Source of the DNA: an uncultured Chloroflexia bacterium
GTDB taxonomy: Bacteria; Chloroflexota; Limnocylindria; Limnocylindrales; CSP1-4
DNA: 64,000 bases
Direction: 5' to 3'
Assembly: GCA_963788375.1 (NCBI GenBank)
Contig: CAWBGT010000027.1
Coordinates: 1,168,047 to 1,232,046 of the forward strand
Below are positions 9,398-19,194 of the stretch, piece after piece. How positions within the stretch are numbered: the stretch's first letter is position 1; each line of letters begins with the position of its first letter. The position numbers and the translations under genes are program-made. The notes under the pieces were generated by a model. The model saw only the letters and a list, made by a program, of their open reading frames with translations, was not told the origin of the DNA and did no database searches.

Positions 9398-10723
9398 ATG
9401 AACATCGTTGCCGTCGTGCTGGCCGGAGGCGCGGGCGAGCGCCTCTCGGTCCTCTCCGATCACCGCGCGAAGCCGGCCGTCCCGTTTGGTGGCAAGTACC
9501 GGATCATCGACTTCGTGCTGTCCAACTGCGTCAACTCCGGGATCGACCGGGTCCTGGTGCTGACCATGTACAGCCCCCGCTCGCTGATCGACCACATCGG
9601 CCTCGGCCGTCCCTGGGATCTCGACCGGACGTTCGGCGGGGGCATCCGTGTGCTGCAGCCCTATCTCTCCCGGACCGACAAGATCGGCTGGTATGCGGGC
9701 ACTGCCGACGCGGTCCGCCGGAATGCGACGCAGATCGCGGAGGAGAAGCCGGACCTCCTGCTGGTCCTGGCGGGTGACCACGTCTACAAGATGGACTACC
9801 GGCCGTTCATCAAGACCCACATCGAGAAGCAGGCCGACCTGACGGTCGCCGTCCTCGAGGTTCCGCCGGACGAGGCGACCCGGATGGGGATCTGCCTGAC
9901 CGATGCCGGCGACCGGATCGTCGAGTGGGAGGAGAAGCCGGCCGAGCCGCGCGGCAACCTCGCCTCGATGGGTGTCTACGTCTTCTCGCCCGAGGCGCTG
10001 CGCAAGTGGGTGACGCCGAGCCGGCACGACTTCGGCAGGGACGTCGTCCCCGCGATGATCAAGGCTGGTCGCCGGGTGTTCGCCCACCGGTTCGAGGGCT
10101 ACTGGCGCGACGTCGGGACGGTCGAGGCATTCTGGGCGGCGAACCTCGATCTGGTGGGCCTCGTGCCGCCACTCGACTTGTTCGACCGCAGCTGGCTGAT
10201 CCACACGCGGTCCGAGGAGCGATCGCCCGCCAAGAGCGGACCCCACGCCGTGTTCCGCCACTCCCTCGCCAGTCACGGCTGCATCATCAACGGGACGGTC
10301 GTGAACAGCCTTCTCTCGCCCGGCGTCAGGGTCTATGACGGCGCGGTCGTCCGGGACTCCGTGATCATGCTGGATGCCGAGATCGGTGCCGGAGCGATCG
10401 TCGACGGCTCGATCATCGACAAGCACGTCAGGATCGGTGAGGGCGCGGTCGTGGGGTTGGGGGAGGACCGCTGGATCGTCAATGCGGAGGAGCCGGACCG
10501 GCTCACGACCGGCATCACCGTGATTGGCAAGCGCGCCATCGTGCCTCCGGGCGTTCGTCTCGGCAGAAACGTCCGGGTCGACACGGACGTGACCCCGGAT
10601 GACTTCAGGTCGGTCGATATCCCCTCGGGCGGGACGGTGCATCACCTGGAGACCCCGCCGGCAGGCAGGAAGACGCCACGCCGGGGCACCCGTGCCGGGC
10701 GGACGCCCCGCGCGTCCGGCTGA
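9398..10723 (+). CDS. glgC: Glucose-1-phosphate adenylyltransferase
   Basis: LAGGAGERL, AKPAVPFGGKYRIIDF, WYAGTADA, GDHVYKMDY, EEKP, hexapeptide-repeat C-terminus. Confidence 0.95.
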   Translation: MNIVAVVLAGGAGERLSVLSDHRAKPAVPFGGKYRIIDFVLSNCVNSGIDRVLVLTMYSPRSLIDHIGLGRPWDLDRTFGGGIRVLQPYLSRTDKIGWYAGTADAVRRNATQIAEEKPDLLLVLAGDHVYKMDYRPFIKTHIEKQADLTVAVLEVPPDEATRMGICLTDAGDRIVEWEEKPAEPRGNLASMGVYVFSPEALRKWVTPSRHDFGRDVVPAMIKAGRRVFAHRFEGYWRDVGTVEAFWAANLDLVGLVPPLDLFDRSWLIHTRSEERSPAKSGPHAVFRHSLASHGCIINGTVVNSLLSPGVRVYDGAVVRDSVIMLDAEIGAGAIVDGSIIDKHVRIGEGAVVGLGEDRWIVNAEEPDRLTTGITVIGKRAIVPPGVRLGRNVRVDTDVTPDDFRSVDIPSGGTVHHLETPPAGRKTPRRGTRAGRTPRASG

Positions 10724-10773
10724 CCTTGCGACGGGCGCCCGTCAGGTTGCCCATCGATCCGCCTATCCTCCGC

Positions 10774-10803
10774 TTGACGCTTCCGCTGACGCCACCCTAG
10801 ACT
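10774..10803 (+). promoter_or_regulatory. Sigma70-type promoter of the trp leader
   Basis: TTGACG (10774-10779), 18-bp spacer, TAGACT (10798-10803). Confidence 0.6.
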
Positions 10804-10814
10804 CCCGCCACAAC

Positions 10815-11160
10815 TGAACACGGGCCTTGATCGGGACGAGTACCCGGCGGGCGCCATCACAGAGACCCGGCGGCTGGTGCGAGCCGGGATGGCGGCGGCG
10901 GCGAATGGACCCGGGAGCCCCCGGACCGAACACGGGGCGACGGACGCGGACGCGAAAGCGGAACCGGACGGAGCGGACGACAAGTAGGCTCCGGCGCAGA
11001 GCGCCAGCGATACAGGGCAGCGCCGATCGATCGGCCGGGTGAGTCCCGGCAGCAGGCGATCCGTCGGTCAGAGTGCGGCACACCGCCGAACGTGGGTGGC
11101 ACCGCGGAAGGAGCAACGACCTTTCGTCCCGGAAGAGACGAATCTGGTCGTTTCTGATTC
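10815..11160 (+). ncRNA. T-box riboswitch (Trp specifier) upstream of trpE
   Basis: Stem I with GAGTA, AGAGA bulge and GCTGGTG loop; specifier GAA-TGG (10906-10908); T-box GGGTGGCACCGCG (~11095-11107); terminator AACGACC...GGTCGTTTCT. Confidence 0.9.
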
Positions 11161-11211
11161 TCGGGTGCCGACGGCCTCCGAGCCGTCAAGCCGCCGAAGG
11201 GAACCACCGCC

Positions 11212-12807
11212 ATGACCGACCCGCTCAGCCTTGCCGAAGCCAGGCGCCTCGCCGGCACCGCCGACACGATCCTGCTGCGCGCCACGCGCACCGCGGATCT
11301 CGAGACGCCCATCGGCGCGTTCCTGCGCCTGGACGACGGCGTCACGCCGGCCTACCTCCTCGAGTCCGTCGAGGGTGGCGAGCGGCTGGGGCGTTACAGC
11401 TTCCTGGGGATCGGCCCGCGCCGGATCCTCGAGGTGCGGGACGGCCTCGCGCGGACCACCACGCGCCCGGTCGGGGTGGTGGCGTACGAGCCCGGCCTGC
11501 CGGTCACCACGGAGGCGACCCCCGATCCGCTCGCGGCGCTGCGCGCGTTCGTCCCGCGCCGCCGGGTCATCCCGGTCGAAGGCATGCCGCGCTTCACGGG
11601 CGGGGCGGTGGGCGCGCTGGCGTACGACGCCATCTCCACCTTCGAGCCCTCCGTGCCGCTGCCGGATGCCGATCCGGTCGGGGTGCCGATGGCCACGTTC
11701 ATCGAGACCGATCTGGTGATCGTGTTCGACCACCTGACGCACCAGCTGTCCGCGATCGCCTCGCTCCACACCGAGGCACCGGACCTCGAGGGCCGCTACC
11801 GGATCGCGGAGCGCGCGATCTTCGAGGCGCTCGAGCGCACGGCGCGCCCGTCCGCCGCCGAGATGACCGCCGCCTTCACCCGCCCCAGCGACGCGGCCGA
11901 GACCCCGGACCTGGGCCGGGTCGAGACGAGCCTCGGTCGCGACGAGTACATCCGCGCGGTGGAGCGGGCCAAGGACGCGATTGCCGCGGGCGAGGCCATC
12001 CAGGTCGTGCTCGCCCGCCGCCAGTCATTCGACCTCCCGGCGATGGCCAACGGGACGCCGCTTGACGGCATCGGCCTCTACCGCGCCCTGCGCCGCGTGA
12101 ACCCCTCGCCCTACCTGTTCTTCACCAGGGCCCCCGGGTTCGAGGTCGTTGGCGCGAGCCCGGAGCTCCTGGTCCAGGTCGTGGGCGACCGCATGGCCAC
12201 GCATCCCATCGCCGGGACCCGGCCGCGCGGCACCACCCCGGCCGACGACGAGCGCCTTGCCGACGAGCTGCGGCGCGATCCCAAGGAACGTGCGGAGCAC
12301 GTGATGCTCGTGGACCTCGGGCGCAACGACCTCGGACGCGTCGCCCGGCCGGGCACCGTCACCACCAGCCAGTACATGGAGGTCGAGCGCTACAGCCATG
12401 TCCTCCACCTGGTCAGTCACGTGGAGGCGAAGCTGAGGCCAGACCTGGACTCGCTGGACGCCCTCCGCTCGGTGTTCCCGGCCGGCACGCTCAGCGGTGC
12501 GCCGAAGATCCGGGCGATGCAGCTGATCGCCGCCGCCGAGGGCGAGCGGCGCGGCCTGTATGGTGGAGCCGTGGGCTATCTCGGCTACGACGGGAGCATG
12601 GACACGGCGATCACGATCCGCAGCGCCGTGCTCAAGGACGGCATGGCCCACGTCCACACGGGTGCCGGGATCGTGGCCCGGAGCGTGCCCGAGAGCGAGT
12701 TCGAGGAGACCGAGCACAAGGCCGCCGCGCTCCGGCGCGCGATCGAGCTCGCCGCCGCTCCTGCCTCACCGGCCGCGCGGCCCACGGGCGGGGAGGCGGC
12801 CCGGTGA
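11212..12807 (+). CDS. trpE: Anthranilate synthase component I
   Basis: LLESVEGGE..GRYS, NPSPY, SPE, PIAGTRPRG, EHVMLVDLGRND, PAGTLSGAPK. Confidence 0.97.
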   Translation: MTDPLSLAEARRLAGTADTILLRATRTADLETPIGAFLRLDDGVTPAYLLESVEGGERLGRYSFLGIGPRRILEVRDGLARTTTRPVGVVAYEPGLPVTTEATPDPLAALRAFVPRRRVIPVEGMPRFTGGAVGALAYDAISTFEPSVPLPDADPVGVPMATFIETDLVIVFDHLTHQLSAIASLHTEAPDLEGRYRIAERAIFEALERTARPSAAEMTAAFTRPSDAAETPDLGRVETSLGRDEYIRAVERAKDAIAAGEAIQVVLARRQSFDLPAMANGTPLDGIGLYRALRRVNPSPYLFFTRAPGFEVVGASPELLVQVVGDRMATHPIAGTRPRGTTPADDERLADELRRDPKERAEHVMLVDLGRNDLGRVARPGTVTTSQYMEVERYSHVLHLVSHVEAKLRPDLDSLDALRSVFPAGTLSGAPKIRAMQLIAAAEGERRGLYGGAVGYLGYDGSMDTAITIRSAVLKDGMAHVHTGAGIVARSVPESEFEETEHKAAALRRAIELAAAPASPAARPTGGEAAR

Positions 12808-13511
12808 TCCTCATGATCGACAACTACGACTCGTTCACGTTCAACCTGGTCCAGGCCCTCCAGGCCGCCGGGGCGGACGTGCACGTCGTCCGCAACGACC
12901 AGATCACGGCCGACGAGGTGGAGGCGATGGCGGCGGACCCGGCGCTGGAGCTGCGCGGCATCGTGATCTCGCCGGGACCCGGCAATCCCGGGACCGCCGG
13001 CGTGTCCGTGGACACGATCAGGATCGCGGCCGGCCGCGGGATCCCGCTGCTGGGCGTGTGCCTGGGCATGCAGTCGATGGGGGCCGCCTGGGGGGCTTCG
13101 ATCGTCAGGGCGCCCACCCTCGTCCACGGCGAGGCGTCGGAGGTCGAGCACGACGGGCGAGGTCTCCTGGCCGGCATGCCAGCGGACTTCCCCGCGGCGC
13201 GCTACCACTCCCTGTGCGTGGACCCGGCCACGCTCCCCAAGGATCTCTACGTGACCGCCACCAGCCCTGAGGACGGCGTGGTCATGGGCCTGCGCCACAG
13301 GACCCTGCCCATCGAGGGCGTCCAGTTCCACCCGGAGTCCGTGCTGACGCCCGACGGTCCGCACCTGCTGGCCAATTTCCTGCGCCTTGCGGGCGAGGGA
13401 GAGGCCTCGCGGCTCGACGCGGTGACGGGCTCGTTCGCAACACGGGGCATGGCCGAGGCGGCCCCGGCGACGGGAGCCGCGGTCGCCCCGGCGGCCGGAG
13501 CCATCCGATGA
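12804..13511 (+). CDS. trpG: Anthranilate synthase component II (glutamine amidotransferase)
   Basis: IDNYDSFT, SPGPG, GVCLGMQ, RYHSL, QFHPES. Confidence 0.96.
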   Translation: MILMIDNYDSFTFNLVQALQAAGADVHVVRNDQITADEVEAMAADPALELRGIVISPGPGNPGTAGVSVDTIRIAAGRGIPLLGVCLGMQSMGAAWGASIVRAPTLVHGEASEVEHDGRGLLAGMPADFPAARYHSLCVDPATLPKDLYVTATSPEDGVVMGLRHRTLPIEGVQFHPESVLTPDGPHLLANFLRLAGEGEASRLDAVTGSFATRGMAEAAPATGAAVAPAAGAIR

Positions 13512-14587
13512 GCGAGCTGGTCCGGGCGGCGGTCGCGGCGATCGTCGAGGGCCGCACGCTCACGCTCGACGACGCGCGCCTGGCGATGGGCGCGGTCATG
13601 GATGGCGAGGCCACGCCGTCCCAGCTGGCGGCGCTGCTCATGGGCCTGCGGATGCGCGGCGAGACCGTCGAGGAGCTCGCCGGCTTCGCGACCGCGATGC
13701 GCGAGCGCGTTGTTCACGTGGACGCTCCCGTTGGGACGATGGATATCGTGGGCACCGGCGGCGACGGCTCGGGGACCTTCAACATCTCCACCACCGCCGC
13801 CCTGATCGTGGCCTCGACCGGCGTTCCGGTGGCCAAGCACGGCAACCGGGCGATCACGTCGAAGTCGGGATCCGCGGACGTCCTCGACGCCCTGGGCATC
13901 CGCATCGACCACGACGCCGACTCGGCCGGGCGGGCGATCCGCGAGCTGGGCTTCGCGTTCCTGTTCGCGCCGGCCTTCCACCCCGCGATGCGCCACGCGG
14001 GCCCCACCCGCCGCGAGATCGGCGTGCGGACCGCGTTCAACCTCCTGGGACCCCTTACCAACCCGGCTGGTGCCACCCGCGGCCTGATCGGGGTGGGCGA
14101 TGAGGCTGCCGCCCCGCGGCTGGCCGAGGTGCTGCGCATGCTGGGCACGGAGCGCTCCCTCGTGGTCCACGGCGCTGGCGTCGACGAGCTTCCGCTCGAC
14201 GGGTCGGGCGTCGTCTACGACGTGACCCCGGACCGGATCGAGCGCCGCACCGTGGACCCCGAAGCGCTGGGCCTGCGCAGGGCGAAGACCTCGGCCCTGG
14301 GCGGTTCCGACCCGGCTGCCAACGCCTCGCTGGTCGAGGGCGTGCTGCGCGGTGAGCCCGGGGCGAGGCGGGACGTGGTCCTGCTCAATGCGGGTGCCGC
14401 GCTGGTCGCGGCGGGCACGGTGGAATCGATCGAGGAGGGCATCGACCGTGCCTCCCTGACCGTGGATGCCGGCCTCACCGTTGAGCTGCTGATGGCCCTG
14501 AGGGCGGAGCGCCGGGTAGCCGGCGCGGCCCCAACGACCCAGCGCTCCCCTAGCGAGCAGGGTGGCCCAGCGGGGAACAAGGCATGA
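13508..14587 (+). CDS. trpD: Anthranilate phosphoribosyltransferase
   Basis: GTGGDG, NIST, KHGNR, SGSAD, FNLLGPLTNP. Confidence 0.97.
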   Translation: MSELVRAAVAAIVEGRTLTLDDARLAMGAVMDGEATPSQLAALLMGLRMRGETVEELAGFATAMRERVVHVDAPVGTMDIVGTGGDGSGTFNISTTAALIVASTGVPVAKHGNRAITSKSGSADVLDALGIRIDHDADSAGRAIRELGFAFLFAPAFHPAMRHAGPTRREIGVRTAFNLLGPLTNPAGATRGLIGVGDEAAAPRLAEVLRMLGTERSLVVHGAGVDELPLDGSGVVYDVTPDRIERRTVDPEALGLRRAKTSALGGSDPAANASLVEGVLRGEPGARRDVVLLNAGAALVAAGTVESIEEGIDRASLTVDAGLTVELLMALRAERRVAGAAPTTQRSPSEQGGPAGNKA

Positions 14588-17406
14588 GTGCGGGCGTCGT
14601 CGCGGAGATCGCCGCCCGGCGGCTCGCCGAGATCGTCCCCGAGCTGGACGCCCTCGGCCGTGACGGCCTGCGGCGAGCGGTGGCCGCCGCGCCGGCTCCG
14701 CGTCCAGTCGCGGTGGCGCTCGCCGCTCCCGGCACCCACCTGATCGCCGAGGTCAAGCGCCGCTCGCCGTCCGCGGGTGCCATCTCCGGCACGGACGACG
14801 CGGTCGCGCGTGCCCGCGCGTACGTGGCCGGAGGGGCTGCCGCGATCTCCGTCCTGTGCGAGCCCCACTGGTTCGGCGGATCGGTGGACGACCTGCGCGC
14901 CGTGCGCGCTGCCGTCCCGGTCCCCGTGCTGGCCAAGGAGTTCGTCGTCGATCCCCGGCAGCTGGACCTGCTTCGGAGTGCAGGGGCGGACCTCGTGCTC
15001 CTGCTGGCGGTCCTCCACCCGGCAAGACGCCTCGCCCGTCTGGTGGCGGTCGCTCGGGACCTGGGCCTCGAGCCGCTGGTGGAGGCCCACGACGCCAGGG
15101 AGCTCGACGCGGCCATCATGTCCGGCGCACGGCTGATCGGGATCAACAACCGCGACCTGCGGACCCTGGAGGTGGATCCCGAGCGGGCGGTGCGACTCCG
15201 GGACACCATCCCCGGGGACCGGCTGGCGGTCGCCGAGTCGGGCGTCCGGGACGCCGCCACGATCGCCCGCTGGCGCGCGACCGGGTTCGACGCGGCCCTC
15301 GTCGGAGAGGCGTTGATGCGGGCGGCGGATCCCGCGGCCGCTGCGCGGGCATTCGTCGCCGCGGGCTGCGACCCGGCGGACCTGGCCGGGCTCGCGCGGG
15401 CCCCCGGCGTGAAGGTCTGTGGCGTCACGGACGCGGCGGGGATCCTCGCCGCGACCCGGGCCGGCGCGGATGCGATCGGCCTCAACTTCGCCCCCGGGAC
15501 GCCACGCGAGCTCTCGATCGACGAAGGGGTTGAGCTCGCCCGCCTGGCGCGCGCCTCGGCTGCTGCCGGCGCCGCACCGCCGAAGATCGTCGTGGTCACC
15601 GCGGATCTGCCCAAGGCCGAGCTCGCCCGAGTGATCGCGGCCGTCGACCCGGACGAGGTCCAGCTCAGCGGCGACGAGCCGCCGTCGGCTATCGGTGGGG
15701 TGGGCCGGCCCGTGTGGAAGGCACTGCGCGTGAGAGCGGACGCCAGCCCTGATGACGTGATCGCGCGCGCCCGAGCCTACCTGGACGCCGGCGCGGGAGG
15801 GATCCTGCTCGATGCGGCCGGTGGCACGCACCCGGGCGGGACCGGCATCCGCGTCGACGTCGCGCTCGCGGCGGCCGTCGCCCGTGAGGTCCCGATCACC
15901 CTTGCGGGAGGCCTGGATCCCGCGACGGTTGGCGAGGCCGTCCTGGCCGTCCCCGCAGTCGGCGTGGACGCCGCGTCCGGGACGGAGGGACCCCGCGAGG
16001 AGGGCGTCCGACCCCGGAAGGACCCGGTCAAGGTGGCCCTGTTCGTCAAGCGCGCGCGAGACGCCCGCCGCCACCGGCCGAACGTCGCCTTCGGGCCCAC
16101 CCCGGTCCATCCCGGCCTGCTCCAGGCCGACGGCGCGGGCCGGTGGGGGATGGAGCGTGACTTCGGAGGTCGCTACGTGCCGGAGACGCTGGTCGGCGCG
16201 CTTGAACAGCTCGAGTCCGCCTACGACGCCGTCCGCCACGACCCCCGGTTCTGGGCGGAGCTGGACGACCTGCTGGCTCGCTTCGCCGGCCGTCCCACCG
16301 CGCTGTACCGGGCGGACCGGCTTGCGGGGGCGGTCACCACCGAGGCTCGGCGCCAGGCACTGGCCGCCGGCCGCCGGGACCCGCACATCCCCACGTTCCG
16401 GCTGTACCTCAAGCGCGAGGACCTGGCACACACCGGCGCCCACAAGATCAACAACGCCCTCGGCCAGGCGCTGCTCACCCGGCGCCTGGGCAAGACACGG
16501 GTCATCGCCGAGACCGGTGCCGGCCAGCACGGGGTCGCGACCGCCACCGCCTGCGCCCTGCTCGGCCTCCCGTGCGTGGTGTTCATGGGCGAGGAGGACA
16601 TCCGGCGCCAGGCTCCCAACGTGCTCCGGATGCGGGCGCTGGGCGCAGAGGTCCGGTCCGTCACGTCGGGGACGGCGACCCTCAAGGATGCGGTCAACGA
16701 GGCGATGCGCGACTGGGTCACCAACGTGGAGACCACCCACTACGTGCTGGGTTCGGCGATGGGCCCGCACCCCTATCCCACCATCGTCCGCGACCTGCAG
16801 CGCCGGATCGGAGACGAGGCCGCGGCCCAGCTGTGGGACGTCGAGGGGCGCCTGCCCGGGCTCGCGCTCGCCTGCGTGGGCGGCGGGTCCAACGCCATCG
16901 GGCTGCTCGCCCGGTTCATCGGTGAGCCCTCCGTCCGCCTCGCGGTCGCCGAGGCGGCGGGCGACGGGATGGAGACGGGGCGTCACGCCGCCGCCATCGC
17001 GGGTGGCACGCCGGGCATCCTCCACGGTGCCCGCTCGCTCATGCTCCAGGACCACGATGGCCAGGTGACCGAGGCGCACAGCGCGTCCGCGGGCCTCGAC
17101 TACCCGGGCGTCGGTCCGCAGCTCGCCGCTCTCGCCGAGGCCGGACGCATGGAGGTGGGCACCGCCACCGACCGCGAGGCGATCGCGGCCATGAAGACGG
17201 TCACCCGGACCGAGGGCATCCTGCCCGCCCTGGAGACGTCGCACGCCGTTGCGGCATTGCCCAAGCTCCTGGCGGGGCTCCAGGGATCCGGCGTGCCGTA
17301 CGCCGACGATGCCGTGATCGTGGTCGGGTTCTCGGGTCGCGGCGACAAGGACTTGGCCGCCCTCGAACGGTTCGACCACGTCCTGCCGTGGGAGGGGATC
17401 GGGTGA
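14584..17406 (+). CDS. trpB: Trifunctional fusion: indole-3-glycerol-phosphate synthase / PRA isomerase / tryptophan synthase beta (TrpC-TrpF-TrpB)
   Basis: One 940-aa ORF with IAEVKRRSPS, GINNRDL, ESG (TrpC); VKVCGVT, GGTG, LAGGL (TrpF); FGGRYVPE, KREDLAHTGAHKINN, AETGAGQHG, GGGSNA, SGRGDKD (TrpB). Confidence 0.93.
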   Translation: MSAGVVAEIAARRLAEIVPELDALGRDGLRRAVAAAPAPRPVAVALAAPGTHLIAEVKRRSPSAGAISGTDDAVARARAYVAGGAAAISVLCEPHWFGGSVDDLRAVRAAVPVPVLAKEFVVDPRQLDLLRSAGADLVLLLAVLHPARRLARLVAVARDLGLEPLVEAHDARELDAAIMSGARLIGINNRDLRTLEVDPERAVRLRDTIPGDRLAVAESGVRDAATIARWRATGFDAALVGEALMRAADPAAAARAFVAAGCDPADLAGLARAPGVKVCGVTDAAGILAATRAGADAIGLNFAPGTPRELSIDEGVELARLARASAAAGAAPPKIVVVTADLPKAELARVIAAVDPDEVQLSGDEPPSAIGGVGRPVWKALRVRADASPDDVIARARAYLDAGAGGILLDAAGGTHPGGTGIRVDVALAAAVAREVPITLAGGLDPATVGEAVLAVPAVGVDAASGTEGPREEGVRPRKDPVKVALFVKRARDARRHRPNVAFGPTPVHPGLLQADGAGRWGMERDFGGRYVPETLVGALEQLESAYDAVRHDPRFWAELDDLLARFAGRPTALYRADRLAGAVTTEARRQALAAGRRDPHIPTFRLYLKREDLAHTGAHKINNALGQALLTRRLGKTRVIAETGAGQHGVATATACALLGLPCVVFMGEEDIRRQAPNVLRMRALGAEVRSVTSGTATLKDAVNEAMRDWVTNVETTHYVLGSAMGPHPYPTIVRDLQRRIGDEAAAQLWDVEGRLPGLALACVGGGSNAIGLLARFIGEPSVRLAVAEAAGDGMETGRHAAAIAGGTPGILHGARSLMLQDHDGQVTEAHSASAGLDYPGVGPQLAALAEAGRMEVGTATDREAIAAMKTVTRTEGILPALETSHAVAALPKLLAGLQGSGVPYADDAVIVVGFSGRGDKDLAALERFDHVLPWEGIG

Positions 17407-18245
17407 GCACGGTCGCCACGCCGATGAGCACCAACGACACGGCCGGCGCACGCCGGATCGCCGGGGCCTTCGCAGCCGCCCAGGCCGGTGGTCGAGCGGC
17501 CCTGATCCCGTACGTGGTCGCCGGCTATCCGGACGCCCACGGGTCGTTCGAGGCCGCCTGCGCCGCCATCGACGCCGGCGCAGACCTGCTCGAGGTTGGC
17601 CTGCCGTACTCGGACCCGCTCGCGGACGGGGCGACCCTCCAGCGTGCGTCCCAGGGCGCCATAGCCGCAGGTGCCACGTTCGACCGTTCGCTGGCGCTCG
17701 TCGCCCGCATCGCCGCTGCCCGGCCCGCGGTCCCGGTCGTGGCGATGGGGTATGCGAACCAGCTGATCGGCGGCGGCGACGGTCGCGACCGCGCCCGGGC
17801 ACTGGCCCGGGCCGGCGTGGCGGGCGTGATCGTCGCCGACCTCACGCCGGACGAGGGCGCGCCCTTCGAGGCCGTGGCGGTGGAGGCGGGGATCGCGGTG
17901 GTCTATCTCGTTGCGCCGACGTCGTCACCAGATCGCCGTGCGGCCGTCGCGGCCCGGAGTGGTGGGTTCCTCTACTGCGTCTCGCTGGTGGGTGTGACCG
18001 GCGCCCGCACGTCGCTCCCGCCGAGCGTTGCCCGGCTCGTGCGCGAGGTCGGGGCCGTCTCGCCGGTGCCGGTCGCCGTGGGGTTCGGGGTGTCGAAGCC
18101 CACCCACGTGCGAGCGCTGGCGAGGGCCGGCGCGGACGGCGTCATCGTGGCCTCGGCGCTGGTCGATGCGCTGGGGCAGGACGGTCGGGACGTGCCTGCG
18201 CTGGCCGCGCTCGTGTCGAAGCTGCGGGCCGCGACCGGTCGCTGA
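17403..18245 (+). CDS. trpA: Tryptophan synthase alpha chain
   Basis: LEVGLPYSDPLADG, GVTGAR, VGFGV, ADGVIVASA; GTGA overlap with the fusion gene. Confidence 0.97.
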   Translation: MSTVATPMSTNDTAGARRIAGAFAAAQAGGRAALIPYVVAGYPDAHGSFEAACAAIDAGADLLEVGLPYSDPLADGATLQRASQGAIAAGATFDRSLALVARIAAARPAVPVVAMGYANQLIGGGDGRDRARALARAGVAGVIVADLTPDEGAPFEAVAVEAGIAVVYLVAPTSSPDRRAAVAARSGGFLYCVSLVGVTGARTSLPPSVARLVREVGAVSPVPVAVGFGVSKPTHVRALARAGADGVIVASALVDALGQDGRDVPALAALVSKLRAATGR

Positions 18246-18256
18246 CCGCGCACCAC

Positions 18257-19111
18257 CTACCGCGGTGGGGGCGGCGGCTCCGGACCTGATGGATCGTAGG
18301 GCGCCACCGCCTCCGCGAACCGGGGAACATGTCGAAGGCGCTGGCTCTCGTACAGCACCGCCAGAACGATCGCCGTGAACGCCTGGAGCGTGAATCCGGC
18401 CGCGGCTCCCAGCACGCCTGCCGCCGCCGGCGCGCCGGCGAGCAGGAAGTCCACCACCCAGGTGAAGGTTGAGACGAACAGGCCCAGGCCGGCCATCGCG
18501 AGACCCCAGCCGAACACCCGGAGCACACCGCCGCGCGTCGTCGTCCACGTGGCGCGGAGCGCGTCCGTGATGCCGAAGCCGTCGAAGATCGCCAGGGTCC
18601 AGAACTGGAGCCGGATCCCCAGGTAGACGAGCAGGGGGAGCAGCAGGAGCAGCACGATCAATCCCGCCGCGCCCAGCGTCAGCGCCGTGAGCAGGAGCAT
18701 GACCAGGCCCGCGGCAACGATCATGTCGGCGGCGAACGCGCGCAGGCCGGAGGCCAGCACCCAGCGGAGGCCGATCTCTCTCCCGCGCAGTCCCGCGATC
18801 GCGTTGGCAACCAGGATCCACTCCGCCACGATCGTCACCAGGCCGACGGCCAGCGGCCCGGCCAGCAGCCGCGGGAGGCCGCTGGCATCGATACTGGGGC
18901 CGTCCGGTCCCGTGACCAGCAGCGATTCGAGCGTGGCCTGGTTGAGCGCCGCCCCACCGAACACCCAGCCCGCCAGGCCATTGACGAGGGCGACGGCGGC
19001 GACCGGCAGGATCCAGCGCTCCGCCGAGGACCGCCAGTAGCGCGCAGCGACGCGCAGGCCCTCACCGATCGTGACGAAGACGGGGGACCGGGCGAAGGAG
19101 ATGGAGGGCAT
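18257..19111 (-). CDS. Hypothetical multi-pass membrane protein
   Basis: About 6 hydrophobic segments and a Pro-rich tail; TACCCT -10-like hexamer 8 nt before ATG. Confidence 0.7.
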   Translation of the reverse strand: MPSISFARSPVFVTIGEGLRVAARYWRSSAERWILPVAAVALVNGLAGWVFGGAALNQATLESLLVTGPDGPSIDASGLPRLLAGPLAVGLVTIVAEWILVANAIAGLRGREIGLRWVLASGLRAFAADMIVAAGLVMLLLTALTLGAAGLIVLLLLLPLLVYLGIRLQFWTLAIFDGFGITDALRATWTTTRGGVLRVFGWGLAMAGLGLFVSTFTWVVDFLLAGAPAAAGVLGAAAGFTLQAFTAIVLAVLYESQRLRHVPRFAEAVAPYDPSGPEPPPPPR

Positions 19112-19194
19112 CGCGGCCAAGGGTAGTGCCTCGCCCGTCCTTCGGGTCAGTCACCCGCCATCCCTCGTCCACCGCCGTCCGCCATACTTGCCGC

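Noticed and set aside
14215-17802. 1195-aa antisense ORF, and similar ones at 23120-26356, 56676-59015, 59047-61449, 7162-9273 and 61729-63729
   Set aside because: These are shadows of well-supported genes on the opposite strand in high-GC DNA, with no recognisable motifs
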